From NCBI GenBank assembly GCA_017650305.1, contig JAGCFD010000035.1, forward strand, positions 16,683 to 80,682: a DNA stretch of 64,000 nt. Direction: 5' to 3'. The first letter of the stretch is position 1. Every line of letters begins with the position of its first letter. The notes under the pieces are model-generated. The model worked only from the letters and a program-made list of their open reading frames with translations. It ran no database searches and was not told where the DNA came from. The stretch comes from Bacteroidales bacterium (GTDB lineage: Bacteria > Bacteroidota > Bacteroidia > Bacteroidales > WCHB1-69). Positions 17,968 through 27,904 of the stretch are shown piece by piece. Made by a program: the position numbers and the translations under genes.

Positions 17968-19434
17968 GTGAAAATCATTGACCGCTATCTGTGCAAAAAC
18001 TTCCTGGGACCCTTTGTCCTGACGTTTTTCGTGGCTCTCTTTGTGCTGCTGATGCAGTTTCTTTGGAAGTGGGTCGATGAGTTGGTCGGAAAGGGTTTGG
18101 AGCTTGGTGTGCTCTTGAAATTGCTCTTCTATGCTTCCATAACCCTCTCCTCAATGGCGTTTCCATTAGCGGTACTGCTGGCCTCCCTGATGACATTCGG
18201 CAATATGGGCGAACGATCTGAAATTGTCGCCCTAAAGTCTGCCGGCATCTCTACCCGACGCATGATGATGCCCCTGACCGTTGTCTCCATCTTGATCGGG
18301 TATGTGGCTTTTGAAGTGTCTAACGACGTGATACCCCGAGCATCTGTCAAGTTGAAAATGCTGCTCTTTGATATTCAAGAACAGAAACCTGCTCTTAATA
18401 TCACAGAGGGCGTTTTTTATACCGACATTGACAACTACGCTATCCGCGTGGGCAAGAAGATGCCAGACGGAGTTACCATCAAGGACATCCTGATTTACGA
18501 CCACTCCAAACACCAGGGCAATGTGAATGTCACCGCAGCCGAGCGGGGCACAATGGTGGTTACCCCAGACAAGCACTATCTGCTCTTTACGCTCTATAAC
18601 GGATCCAGCTGGGATGAGTCCTCCGTGACACGCGGTTCCTACGATTCTCGGAACCATTACCCCCTTATGCGCGCAACCTTCGACAAACAGTATAAACGCT
18701 TTGACATGTCGGACTTTTCTGCGCAAAGTGTTGATGCCAGTTTCTACGAGAATCACTCCACGGCGCTCTCCATCAAACAGCTGAACCAGCAGATAGACAG
18801 TGCGAAATTCCATATCCAGAGCCAGAACCGCAACGCGGCCAACGTCTTTTTCCAATGCCTCTATTTCTATAATTTGTCGGTGGCCCCAAGCGATAAGATT
18901 GAACAAGCCTCAACGGATAATATTCCCAGATTAGAGGATCGAGACGAGGAATTTCGCGCCCGAGTGCTTCAGTTGGCTGAGAATGGTGTCCGAAACACCA
19001 CCTACGCCATCAACTATAACTTCCAGGATGTCAATTACCGTACCCATCAGTTGTGGAATTACCAGATTGAATTCTACAGAAAGTTTACCTTGGCGGTGGC
19101 CTGTCTGCTCTTCTTCTTTATCGGCGCGCCCCTCGGCTCTATTATCCGCAAGGGTGGTATTGGCATACCTTTGGTGATCACAGTGGTGTTTTTCACCTTC
19201 TATTTCGCTATCTCCATTATTGGTGAAAAATTGTCAAAAAGCAGTCCGCTGCCCGTATGGTTCGGCATGTGGCTCTCCTCTTTTGTCTTGCTGCCTATAT
19301 GTGTCTTCCTGACCTATCATGCAACTACGGACTCCTCCGTGCTTTCACCCGATACATATTCCAAATTCTTTGAAAATATTAAACATTTGAAAATATTCAA
19401 GAAACGACATGAAGATTCTCCAACTGTGTCATAA
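17968..19434 (+). CDS. LptF/LptG family LPS export permease
   Basis: MKIIDRYL, LMTFGNMGERSEIVALKSAGIS, IGAPLGSIIRKGG; 3+3 TM arrangement. Confidence 0.9.
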   Translation: MKIIDRYLCKNFLGPFVLTFFVALFVLLMQFLWKWVDELVGKGLELGVLLKLLFYASITLSSMAFPLAVLLASLMTFGNMGERSEIVALKSAGISTRRMMMPLTVVSILIGYVAFEVSNDVIPRASVKLKMLLFDIQEQKPALNITEGVFYTDIDNYAIRVGKKMPDGVTIKDILIYDHSKHQGNVNVTAAERGTMVVTPDKHYLLFTLYNGSSWDESSVTRGSYDSRNHYPLMRATFDKQYKRFDMSDFSAQSVDASFYENHSTALSIKQLNQQIDSAKFHIQSQNRNAANVFFQCLYFYNLSVAPSDKIEQASTDNIPRLEDRDEEFRARVLQLAENGVRNTTYAINYNFQDVNYRTHQLWNYQIEFYRKFTLAVACLLFFFIGAPLGSIIRKGGIGIPLVITVVFFTFYFAISIIGEKLSKSSPLPVWFGMWLSSFVLLPICVFLTYHATTDSSVLSPDTYSKFFENIKHLKIFKKRHEDSPTVS

Positions 19435-20617
19435 GCCGCCCCATCCAATGGTAGATGGCGGTTGCGTGGCCATTCATAATATTACCGACATGCTGCTGAA
19501 AAGCGGGCACGATGTCAAAGTGATAGCGGTCGAAACGCCCAAGCACCCGGTGCGCCTTGACGCATTCCCGGACGGGTATCTGCAGAAAACTCGCTTTGAG
19601 TCCGTTTTTGTGGATACCACCCTGCATTTTCTGGATGCGTTAAAGACACTCTTCTCAGGTACATCCTATCATATCAGCCGCTTTTATTCAAAGCAGATGG
19701 TCTCCCTGCTTACCGAAGTTCTTAAAAGGGAAACCTTTGACATTATTCATATAGAGTCAATCTATATGATGCCTTATATTGCGGTGATTAGAAAACTTAC
19801 CACTACTCCTGTGGTGATGCGCATGCACAATATCGAACATGAGATATGGGAGCGCCTGGCGCAGAACGAGCGCAATCCTTTCAAGAAGATTGCCTATAGG
19901 GTAAACGCTCACCAACTTGAACGTGTGGAACGCCGTATTCTTCATTCTGTGGATGGTTATCTGACAATCTCCGGGCCAGATTACGAATATTTCCACGCGC
20001 TTTCTCCTAATTCCAAAGGTGAAATCTTGACATTTGGTATCGATCTGGATAGATATGAGGACGAAGATGACTACATCGCGTCTGACGAGCCATCCCTGTT
20101 TCATCTGGGTAGCATGAATTGGACCCCCAATGTGGAAGGTATTGAATGGTTTTTGGATGAGGTGTGGCCTGAAATTTTGCGGGAGCATCCGGAACTGACA
20201 TTCACCATCGCGGGACACCATATCCCCGAGAAATTGTTCCAACGTCAGGATCCTAACGTGCAAATGGTCGGTTCCGTGCCCGACGCTAATGAGTTTATGC
20301 TCCAGCATGACATCATGATCGTACCTTTGCTGTCAGGTAGCGGTATCCGCATCAAAATTATCGAAGGTATGGCCTTGGGCAAAGTTGTTGTTACTACATC
20401 GGTGGGTGCACAAGGTCTTGATGTGGAGAACGGCAAACACCTTTTCATCGCTGATACCCCAGAAGAATTTGTGGCCGTAGTGAACAAGTGTGTGGCCACA
20501 CCCGACATCTGCTCCATTATCGGTGAGAATGCCCGCGAATTCATCTCCGTACATCACAACAATGCACTCTTGCAAGAACAGTTGGTTGATTTTTATCATC
20601 TAATGCTGAAAAAATAG
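19409..20617 (+). CDS. Glycosyltransferase family 4
   Basis: HNIEH, GSMNWTPNVEG, VPLLSGSGIRIKIIEGMALGKVVVTT. Confidence 0.88.
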   Translation: MKILQLCHKPPHPMVDGGCVAIHNITDMLLKSGHDVKVIAVETPKHPVRLDAFPDGYLQKTRFESVFVDTTLHFLDALKTLFSGTSYHISRFYSKQMVSLLTEVLKRETFDIIHIESIYMMPYIAVIRKLTTTPVVMRMHNIEHEIWERLAQNERNPFKKIAYRVNAHQLERVERRILHSVDGYLTISGPDYEYFHALSPNSKGEILTFGIDLDRYEDEDDYIASDEPSLFHLGSMNWTPNVEGIEWFLDEVWPEILREHPELTFTIAGHHIPEKLFQRQDPNVQMVGSVPDANEFMLQHDIMIVPLLSGSGIRIKIIEGMALGKVVVTTSVGAQGLDVENGKHLFIADTPEEFVAVVNKCVATPDICSIIGENAREFISVHHNNALLQEQLVDFYHLMLKK

Positions 20618-20619
20618 TC

Positions 20620-22527
20620 ATGTCCTATTTAGATATCATTCATACACCCGAAGATCTGCGAAAACTCTCCCTTGAAGAGCTGCCGGCATTGTGTCAGGAA
20701 CTGCGTCGCTTCATCATTGAACAGACTGCTGAACATCCGGGACACTTGGGCTCCAGTTTAGGGGTTGTGGAATTGACTGTCGCTCTGCATTATGTCTTCG
20801 ATACACCCCATGACAAGTTGGTATGGGATGTGGGGCATCAGGCATACTGCCATAAGATTCTGACAGGACGGAAAGAGCAGTTCTCCACCAACCGGTGTTA
20901 TGGCGGCATCAGTGGCTTCCCGCGCCGTGAGGAGAGCGAATTCGATGCTTTTGGTACAGGACACTCTTCCACCTCCATCTCGGCTGTTCTGGGCATGGCT
21001 ATGGCTGCCAAATTGAATGGCGAGAAGGATAGAAACCATATCGCGGTCATCGGTGATGGCGCCATCGGAGGCGGTATGGCCTTTGAGGCTATGAACCAGG
21101 CCGCATACCGCGATGTGAATATGCTCGTTATCCTCAATGATAACAAAATCTCCATCGACCAAAGTACTGGAGCCATGAGCAAATATTTGCTTTCGCTGAC
21201 CGCCTCACCTGCCTATAACCGTTTTAAAAACAGAGTTTGGAATCTTTTTACCTTTAAATCCAAAAGCTCTAACCGCATTACCCGCTTTTTCAGTAAGATG
21301 GGTAATGGCATCAAAGGCTATCTGCTGGGTGGTAGCAACTTGTTCCAAAGTCTTGGCTACCGCTACTTTGGACCGGCCGACGGACATGATGTCGTCTATC
21401 TGGTCAAGACTTTGCAAAGTCTGAAGCAACTTCCGGGACTGCAGTTGTTGCATGTCGTTACAGTGAAGGGTAAAGGCCTGGAGCTGGCAGAACAGGATCA
21501 GACCGCCTACCACGCACCTGGAAAGTTTGATCCCGAGACAGGACAGATTATAAGGCCAGAGAGTGCCAACCAACCTCCTAAGTATCAGGATGTGTTTGGC
21601 AATACCTTGTTGGAGCTGGCCCGCCAGGATGAAAAGGTGGTGGGTATCACGCCTGCTATGGCCACAGGGTGCTCGATGACCATTATGAACGATGTCTTTC
21701 CCGAGCGCGTTTTTGATGTCGGTATCGCAGAACAACATGCGGTGACGCTGGCAGCCGGCATGGTGACCGACGGACTGACCGTTTTTTGTAATATCTATTC
21801 CTCCTTCTTGCAACGTGGTTATGATCAAGTAATACATGATGTGGCCTTGCAGAAACTGCCGGTTGTTCTCTGTATTGATCGTGCTGGACTGGTGGGGGAG
21901 GACGGTGCCACACACCAGGGCGCCTTTGACCTTGCCTTTCTGCGCGCAGTCCCAGACCTCATCATATCCTCACCCCGTAACGAACACGAGCTGCGTAATC
22001 TGATGCTGACAGCCTACCATAATGCCAAGTCAAACGGTCTGCCATTCGTGATTCGCTACCCCCGTGGGCGCGGTGTGCTGCTGGAATGGCACAATGAACC
22101 CCATGATCTGACCATCGGTCAAAGCGAAATGCTCCAAGACGGTAAAGATTTGCTGGTGCTCTCACTTGGACCCTTGGCCAATTACGTTACAGACGCAATT
22201 CAAAAAGTTCAAGAAGACGGAATTACGCCTGCCCATCTGGATGTCCGTTTCCTGAAACCTCTCGACGAACAGAAACTCCTTGAGTTGGCTGAACGCTTCC
22301 CCGTGTGGATGACCGTGGAGGATGGTACGGAAACGGGTGGACTCTTCTCTGCCGTGTCCGAGTTCCTTGAAAGCCATCAACTCAATCGCATTGCTCTTCA
22401 CCATGCTGCTCTCCCTGACCGCTTCATCTCTCATGGTGACATCCCGTCACTATATAAAGAGGTGGGCTTCGATGCCGACAGCTTGGCCAATATGATGCGA
22501 CAAGCCCTGGGCGTGCATAAGCAGTAG
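20620..22527 (+). CDS. dxs: 1-deoxy-D-xylulose-5-phosphate synthase
   Basis: WDVGHQAY, FGTGHSSTSISA, GDGAIGGGMAFEA..ILNDN, DVGIAEQH, DRAGLVGEDGATHQG. Confidence 0.95.
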   Translation: MSYLDIIHTPEDLRKLSLEELPALCQELRRFIIEQTAEHPGHLGSSLGVVELTVALHYVFDTPHDKLVWDVGHQAYCHKILTGRKEQFSTNRCYGGISGFPRREESEFDAFGTGHSSTSISAVLGMAMAAKLNGEKDRNHIAVIGDGAIGGGMAFEAMNQAAYRDVNMLVILNDNKISIDQSTGAMSKYLLSLTASPAYNRFKNRVWNLFTFKSKSSNRITRFFSKMGNGIKGYLLGGSNLFQSLGYRYFGPADGHDVVYLVKTLQSLKQLPGLQLLHVVTVKGKGLELAEQDQTAYHAPGKFDPETGQIIRPESANQPPKYQDVFGNTLLELARQDEKVVGITPAMATGCSMTIMNDVFPERVFDVGIAEQHAVTLAAGMVTDGLTVFCNIYSSFLQRGYDQVIHDVALQKLPVVLCIDRAGLVGEDGATHQGAFDLAFLRAVPDLIISSPRNEHELRNLMLTAYHNAKSNGLPFVIRYPRGRGVLLEWHNEPHDLTIGQSEMLQDGKDLLVLSLGPLANYVTDAIQKVQEDGITPAHLDVRFLKPLDEQKLLELAERFPVWMTVEDGTETGGLFSAVSEFLESHQLNRIALHHAALPDRFISHGDIPSLYKEVGFDADSLANMMRQALGVHKQ

Positions 22528-22584
22528 GCTGTCTGCAAACCTGATTCGTTACACCCTCTCATATTTGGAGAACTCCAATGCTTG

Positions 22585-23145
22585 TTATGCCTCGGCTGTT
22601 GTGCCGGCTGATGCCAAATAATCACTTTCACGAACCTTCCGAATATTCATGATGGATAAGTCTGTGCTGTATTCTGACAAGGAGGTCGCTTCAAATATTT
22701 CAGATATCAATTTGTTGACGCGATCAAGGTGATGATTTTTGGATTCGACATCCATATCCGGATCCTCCAAGACTTTAGATAACAGGTGCGAAAGCGTTTG
22801 CAACTTGGCAAATGTTTTGACAATTCTGTCCGACCAGAATGCTGAGAATTCGTTATGCAGCAAACATCCAATCATATAGATGCCGAGATTGCTGAAGGCA
22901 AATACGGGTTTGTCTCCTTCCAAGACATTTCCGGGACTTTTTCCCCATCTTGTAAAAATTTCTTCCGACTCCTTTTCGGTCAAGGTGATGGCGAAGTCAT
23001 CTGTAAACTTTAACGGATAATCCGCCACAACCCTTCTGATCTCTTCTGCTTCCACTTCAAAAATAGACGCCACATCCAAGTCAATCATCAGTTCTTTCTC
23101 CCTGATGAGATAATACTGCATTTTAGGAAATGAATTTTCTTTCAT
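22585..23145 (-). CDS. Divergent ORF6N-domain putative DNA-binding protein
   Basis: LIREKELMIDLDVASIFEVE...KFTDDFAITLTEKE...PVFAFSNLGIYMIGCLL resembles the ORF6N pattern; start set at ATG 23145 (MKENSF). Confidence 0.6.
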   Translation of the reverse strand: MKENSFPKMQYYLIREKELMIDLDVASIFEVEAEEIRRVVADYPLKFTDDFAITLTEKESEEIFTRWGKSPGNVLEGDKPVFAFSNLGIYMIGCLLHNEFSAFWSDRIVKTFAKLQTLSHLLSKVLEDPDMDVESKNHHLDRVNKLISEIFEATSLSEYSTDLSIMNIRKVRESDYLASAGTTAEA

Positions 23146-23446
23146 AGTTATTTTGTTAAATTTTTCCACAAAAATACACTCCTTTTCTTTCTCTGTCAAG
23201 AATTTGAGTAATTTTTTTATTGTTGTATTTCAATGTGTTACAAAATCACAATTAATAGATTAACAATTAATAGTTAAATATGTGATTTATAATCTCTAAT
23301 TTTGTGGCAATATTGGCAAAATATGTATGGTGTGTAGATAGTGTGCCGTCGGGTTTTTCTTCAAGATACTTCACATGGATGGTTGTTTTCATTTGACTTT
23401 TGATGGTGGTGTTTTGTCTTTTGTCGGAATGTTACGGAATTATTGT

Positions 23447-23454
23447 TATCTTTG
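23447..23454 (+). promoter_or_regulatory. Bacteroidota -7 promoter element (TATCTTTG)
   Basis: TAnnTTTG upstream of the LMW phosphatase gene. Confidence 0.55.
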
Positions 23455-23506
23455 CTTTTCCATTTATGAATGGTTTAGAATGAATCTTTCAGTATCTTGA
23501 AGTGTT

Positions 23507-23974
23507 ATGTATAAAATATTGTTTGTTTGCCATGGTAACATCTGTCGCAGTCCTATGGCTGAGTTTGTGATGAAACAGAAGGTGGCGGATTTGGGTCTCT
23601 CCTCGCAATTTGAGATTGCTTCTGCTGCCACGAGTCGGGAAGAAATAGGCAATCCTGTCTATCCGCCCGCCCGAAGCATGTTGCAGATCCATGGCATCAC
23701 CTGTGAAGGCAAGACGGCTCGTCAAATGACGCGAGCCGATTACCACCACTATGACTATATCATTGCCATGGACCGAAACAATCTCCGGAACATAGATCGG
23801 CTGATAGGTCCTGATGTGGATGGGAAGATTTCGTTGTTGTTGGACTATACTGACAGCCCTCGCGACGTGGCCGATCCTTGGTACACGGGAGATTTCCAGA
23901 TCACGTGGGATGATGTTCAGCGTGGTTGCGATGGTCTTCTGCAACAGCTAACGGCTAATGACCCAAGACGTTAA
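23507..23974 (+). CDS. Low-molecular-weight protein-tyrosine phosphatase
   Basis: ILFVCHGNICRSPMAE P-loop, DVADPWY. Confidence 0.93.
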   Translation: MYKILFVCHGNICRSPMAEFVMKQKVADLGLSSQFEIASAATSREEIGNPVYPPARSMLQIHGITCEGKTARQMTRADYHHYDYIIAMDRNNLRNIDRLIGPDVDGKISLLLDYTDSPRDVADPWYTGDFQITWDDVQRGCDGLLQQLTANDPRR

Positions 23975-25614
23975 CGTCCGATTTTGACTTTTGTCAAATC
24001 AAGCATGTTGATGGGGTTGATGCCGAGTCCTGTTACCTCTTTGCGGGTAAATCGTACCACTTTGTCGTAATAGAGCACTACCACAGGTGCATCTGCCATG
24101 AGCAGGGAATCCATGCGAATGTAATAATCGTTGCGCTTTTCGTCATCCGTGCAGCGTTGGGAGGCTTCATACAACTTGTCGAAGGTCTTGTTCACATAGT
24201 GTGTATAGTTAGAGCCTGTCGGTTGAAGATTCTTGGAGTAGAAAAGTGCCAGGTAGTTTTCCGCATCGGGGTAGTCGCAAATCCATGAGCCTCGGAAGAA
24301 GGGCAGTTGGTAGCTGCGCATCATTTCGCGCTGCTGTGCGCCTTGGGTTACGTCCAGTCGGAGGTCTATGCCGATTTGTGAGAGTTCGTGTTGGATGTAC
24401 TGGCATAAGTCTGCATAGTTGGCGGAAACAGCCACGCTGATGGGTGGCAGGCCTTTGCCATGAGGATAGCCGGCTTCCGCTAAGAGCGCTGCGGCTTTTT
24501 CAGGGTTGTAGTCATAACCTTTGACCCTATTCGGGTTGAAGGCTGCCATGCCCCTGGGGATGAAGCCCGCCGTGCCCGCATAACCCACGTTATTGCGCAA
24601 GAATTTCATCATTTTGTCACGATCAAAGCCGTAATTTATGGCCTGACGCACCTTCTTGTTCAATAATGGATTGTTGTCACCCTTGTCTTTCAACATGAAG
24701 CCAAGGTATTCTGTATTTAGATAAGGCCCTGTCAGCAACGTGATATTATCCTTGTATTCCGGATTCAGTTTTCCGTCTTTGGTCAGCAATGCGTCTTTGT
24801 AGCAAGCTTCCACACCCGACATGAAATCAATGCTGCCTTTCATGAATTCCATGAACACAGACTGTTTGTCAACAATAAAAGAGATGGCAACAGCATCGAG
24901 ATAAGGCAGGGAATGGCCGTATTCATCTTTCTCAAAATAGTCCGGATTCTTGCGTAGTACCAGTTTGACACCCTCTTGCCAAAGTTGGAATTTGAATGGG
25001 CCGGTGCCGACGGGATGGTTGCGGAAATCTTTGCCGTAATGATCCACCACCTCTTTAGGCACCACAGAACAGTATTTCATCGTGAGGATGCCTAAGAAAG
25101 GCGGAAAAGCCTCCGACAGGGTGATTCTGAAGACGGTGTCGTTGACAGCCTCAAAACAGGGGCTTCCGTCAGATTTGCGCTGTACTTTTTGGAATACCCA
25201 CGCGCCGGGGGAAGCAACCTCGCCGTCCAAAATACGGTTGAAACTGTACACGAAATCCTGGGCTTTAACTAATCTTTTTTCTTTGAAAGGGAAAAAATCA
25301 GTGTTGTGAAAGGAGACATCGTTGCGCAGGATGAAGGTGTAGGTGCGCCCATCTTCGGATATGGTCCAACTTTTGGCGATGGCGGGTACGATGTGCATGG
25401 AGTCGTCTAAGTCCACCAATCCATTGTAGAGGTGGTTGCAGGCCCAAATGACTGACTGTCCGGAAGAGTAGGCGGGATCCAGCGTCTGGATGCCGGCAGA
25501 TTCATTATAATGGAAGATCATTTTGTCGTCATTGCGCCCCTTTTGCGAGCAGGAGAGGCACAATAAAGCCAAAACAGACAGAAGCAGCGGGCGGATGGTT
25601 CGTACGATCTTCAT
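23971..25614 (-). CDS. ABC-type peptide/nickel substrate-binding lipoprotein (SBP family 5)
   Basis: Lipobox CLSC; TLDPA, PAIAKSWTISEDGRTYTFILR, PVGTGPF, VRQAINY. Confidence 0.88.
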   Translation of the reverse strand: MKIVRTIRPLLLSVLALLCLSCSQKGRNDDKMIFHYNESAGIQTLDPAYSSGQSVIWACNHLYNGLVDLDDSMHIVPAIAKSWTISEDGRTYTFILRNDVSFHNTDFFPFKEKRLVKAQDFVYSFNRILDGEVASPGAWVFQKVQRKSDGSPCFEAVNDTVFRITLSEAFPPFLGILTMKYCSVVPKEVVDHYGKDFRNHPVGTGPFKFQLWQEGVKLVLRKNPDYFEKDEYGHSLPYLDAVAISFIVDKQSVFMEFMKGSIDFMSGVEACYKDALLTKDGKLNPEYKDNITLLTGPYLNTEYLGFMLKDKGDNNPLLNKKVRQAINYGFDRDKMMKFLRNNVGYAGTAGFIPRGMAAFNPNRVKGYDYNPEKAAALLAEAGYPHGKGLPPISVAVSANYADLCQYIQHELSQIGIDLRLDVTQGAQQREMMRSYQLPFFRGSWICDYPDAENYLALFYSKNLQPTGSNYTHYVNKTFDKLYEASQRCTDDEKRNDYYIRMDSLLMADAPVVVLYYDKVVRFTRKEVTGLGINPINMLDLTKVKIGR

Positions 25615-26576
25615 TATGAGAGGGATTGGTTCACTTTCTTGGAGGACTCGAGGATGGCGTTGTACTCCTCTGGGGTGATGTCACTGTAGAAGTAGTAAAC
25701 AGGGTTGACACGCTGGTCGCCTTTGATGACTTCATAGTGCAGGTGCGATCCTGTCGCCATGCCTGTGGCACCGACATAGCCTATGAGTTGTCCACGCTTG
25801 ACGCGTTGTCCAGGCTTGACAGCCTTCTTAGACATGTGGGCATAAAGAGTCTTGTAGGAATAGCCATGGGAGATGACCACGCAGATCCCGTAGCCGCCAC
25901 CGGGGTTCTCGCTCGTCACCACTCCGTCAGCGGTGGCGTATATGGGCGTGCCTTTGGGCGCCGTGATATCAACTCCTGTGTGGGGTCGTAATGTCTTCAA
26001 GACAGGATGGTACCGCCGTCCGAAGCCTGAGGTGACAGTGTACATATTCTTCAAAGGACGGATGGCGGGAATGCAGTTGAGCATCTCCGATTTCTTGCCA
26101 GCAATCTGTTCCAACTCCTGCAAGGATCTGGTCTGTGCGGCTAAGCGAACCATCAGCTTATCGGCTTTTTTGTTTGCTCCCTTCAGCAAGGCGCTGGCCT
26201 CGGAGCGTGACAGGCTGTCGCCACCAGAATGTTCAACGAGCAATGGATAGCGCTCGGAGGCAGGCACGGGGTCCGCCTCCAGAATGGTGCGGTACACGTT
26301 GTCGTCCCGATCTTCTATGTCGAGAAGCACTTTCGACATCAGGTCTATTCTCGTGTTGAGTTCCTCCACCTCCGCCTTTAGCTCATTGTTCTCTTTCTCC
26401 AAAAGTTTCTCCTTCGGTGAGTCAATCACGTAGAAGGCAATCCAGATGAAAAGGATGGCAAAAGCGATGCCACTCAGGAATACCCATACCATCCTCTTGG
26501 CGATATGCTTGAAATTCAGCTTCACCTTTTCAAAAGAGAGTGTCTTGGGGTTGAACTTGTAAAATCCGTTGGGCAT
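25614..26576 (-). CDS. M23 family metalloendopeptidase, membrane-anchored with coiled coil
   Basis: HTGVD, YAHM, GSHLHYEV motifs. Confidence 0.92.
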   Translation of the reverse strand: MPNGFYKFNPKTLSFEKVKLNFKHIAKRMVWVFLSGIAFAILFIWIAFYVIDSPKEKLLEKENNELKAEVEELNTRIDLMSKVLLDIEDRDDNVYRTILEADPVPASERYPLLVEHSGGDSLSRSEASALLKGANKKADKLMVRLAAQTRSLQELEQIAGKKSEMLNCIPAIRPLKNMYTVTSGFGRRYHPVLKTLRPHTGVDITAPKGTPIYATADGVVTSENPGGGYGICVVISHGYSYKTLYAHMSKKAVKPGQRVKRGQLIGYVGATGMATGSHLHYEVIKGDQRVNPVYYFYSDITPEEYNAILESSKKVNQSLS

Positions 26577-26597
26577 AGTGAAAGAAGTGTCAGTGGG

Positions 26598-27893
26598 TTA
26601 TTTGCAGCCGATGCAGATATTGTCGCCGGCGCCATAAGTGCTGATGGCACCGCTGTTACGTTTGATGATGATCTTTAGCTGTATGCCATATTTCTGGGCG
26701 ATGTAGCGGTAGGTGTCGCCCTCCGCCAAGGTGTGGAATTCCACTGGCGATTTGGTACTTTTCATCTCCAGATAGATGACCTCATCCTCGATGGGCTCGG
26801 ATTCATCATAGACATCGTTATAAGCTCTCAGATTTTTCTCAGACATCTGCATGGCGGCAGCCAGCTTAGCGTATGTGTCGCCGCGTTTGGCAAGGATGAA
26901 GCGTGTCTTGTTGTTCTCAAAAACAGGGCGACTGGTATAAGGGTAATATGCCTGCTTGAAAGGAACGTTATATGGATCCAAGATGAAGACGTTCTTGCCT
27001 TCCACTTTGGCTGCGGAGGGCACTGAGGCAGGTGTTGTCACGGTGCTGCTGGCGGGCGCGGGAGTCTCCGTTTTGGTCTCTTTGGGCTTGGTCTCCACCT
27101 TGGGTTCTTCCTTAGCCGGTTTCTCTACGGGTTTGGCCTCAGGCTTCTTCTCCTCTGTTTTGGGCTGTGGTTTTTCTGTGATGGTGGAGGTGGTGGTCTT
27201 GGGGGTCTCCTGTTGTGCGACAGGCTGAGGCGCTGGTTTGGCCGGTTTCTCCACCGTCTCCGGCTTGAATGCTGGAGTGGTTACGGCTGTTTCGCTCTTG
27301 GGAGCTTCTGTAATCATGTCGGGCGATGGTGCCTCGACCTTCTTTAAAGCTATTGTGTCACCTAACTTTTGCGCAACCTTCCGGTCGTAGTGCATCAGAT
27401 AGTACTTTTCAATAATGGAAATGAGCGTGTCGGCATATTTCGGATTGCCGGAATAGCCAGCCTCCTTGAGTCCGTATGCCCATGATTTGTAGTCTGTTAT
27501 GGGATAATAGAACAATTTTACATACCGGCTTCTCTGCGAAAGAAACAATGAGTGGTCGCGGTACGAATCCTCTACTGAGGCATATTTGCGGAAACAATAG
27601 TCACGACTGTGGTTCTCAGTCTCATAGAAAGTCTCGCCTTGCCATTCGTTAGTGTGGCACATGATGCCGAAATGGTTGTTGGCCTCCGTTGCCTGCCGGT
27701 TTGTGCCGACCTTGGAGGCGTATATGGCTTGCGCCAGCGTGATACTGGCTGGCACCTTGTACAATTCCATCTCCCGCATGGCCAGATCTTTGTATTGGTC
27801 AATGTAGTCGTAAATCTGGTCTTCCATGGTGTATTGGGAAAAACCAGTCATGCAGACCCATAAGAATGCTGAAATGGTAAGTATCTTTTTCAT
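26598..27893 (-). CDS. GH73 glucosaminidase-LysM paralog, catalytically degenerate, with long low-complexity linker
   Basis: PASITLAQAIYAS (Glu absent), NNHFGI, GYSGNPKY; Pro/Lys/Glu/Thr-rich linker; two LysM-like repeats. Confidence 0.8.
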   Translation of the reverse strand: MKKILTISAFLWVCMTGFSQYTMEDQIYDYIDQYKDLAMREMELYKVPASITLAQAIYASKVGTNRQATEANNHFGIMCHTNEWQGETFYETENHSRDYCFRKYASVEDSYRDHSLFLSQRSRYVKLFYYPITDYKSWAYGLKEAGYSGNPKYADTLISIIEKYYLMHYDRKVAQKLGDTIALKKVEAPSPDMITEAPKSETAVTTPAFKPETVEKPAKPAPQPVAQQETPKTTTSTITEKPQPKTEEKKPEAKPVEKPAKEEPKVETKPKETKTETPAPASSTVTTPASVPSAAKVEGKNVFILDPYNVPFKQAYYPYTSRPVFENNKTRFILAKRGDTYAKLAAAMQMSEKNLRAYNDVYDESEPIEDEVIYLEMKSTKSPVEFHTLAEGDTYRYIAQKYGIQLKIIIKRNSGAISTYGAGDNICIGCK

Positions 27894-27904
27894 AGGTTGA
27901 TATT

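Noticed and set aside
27040-27330. Repetitive DNA in the GH73 linker as a possible array
   Set aside because: Low-complexity coding sequence with no fixed repeat-spacer periodicity
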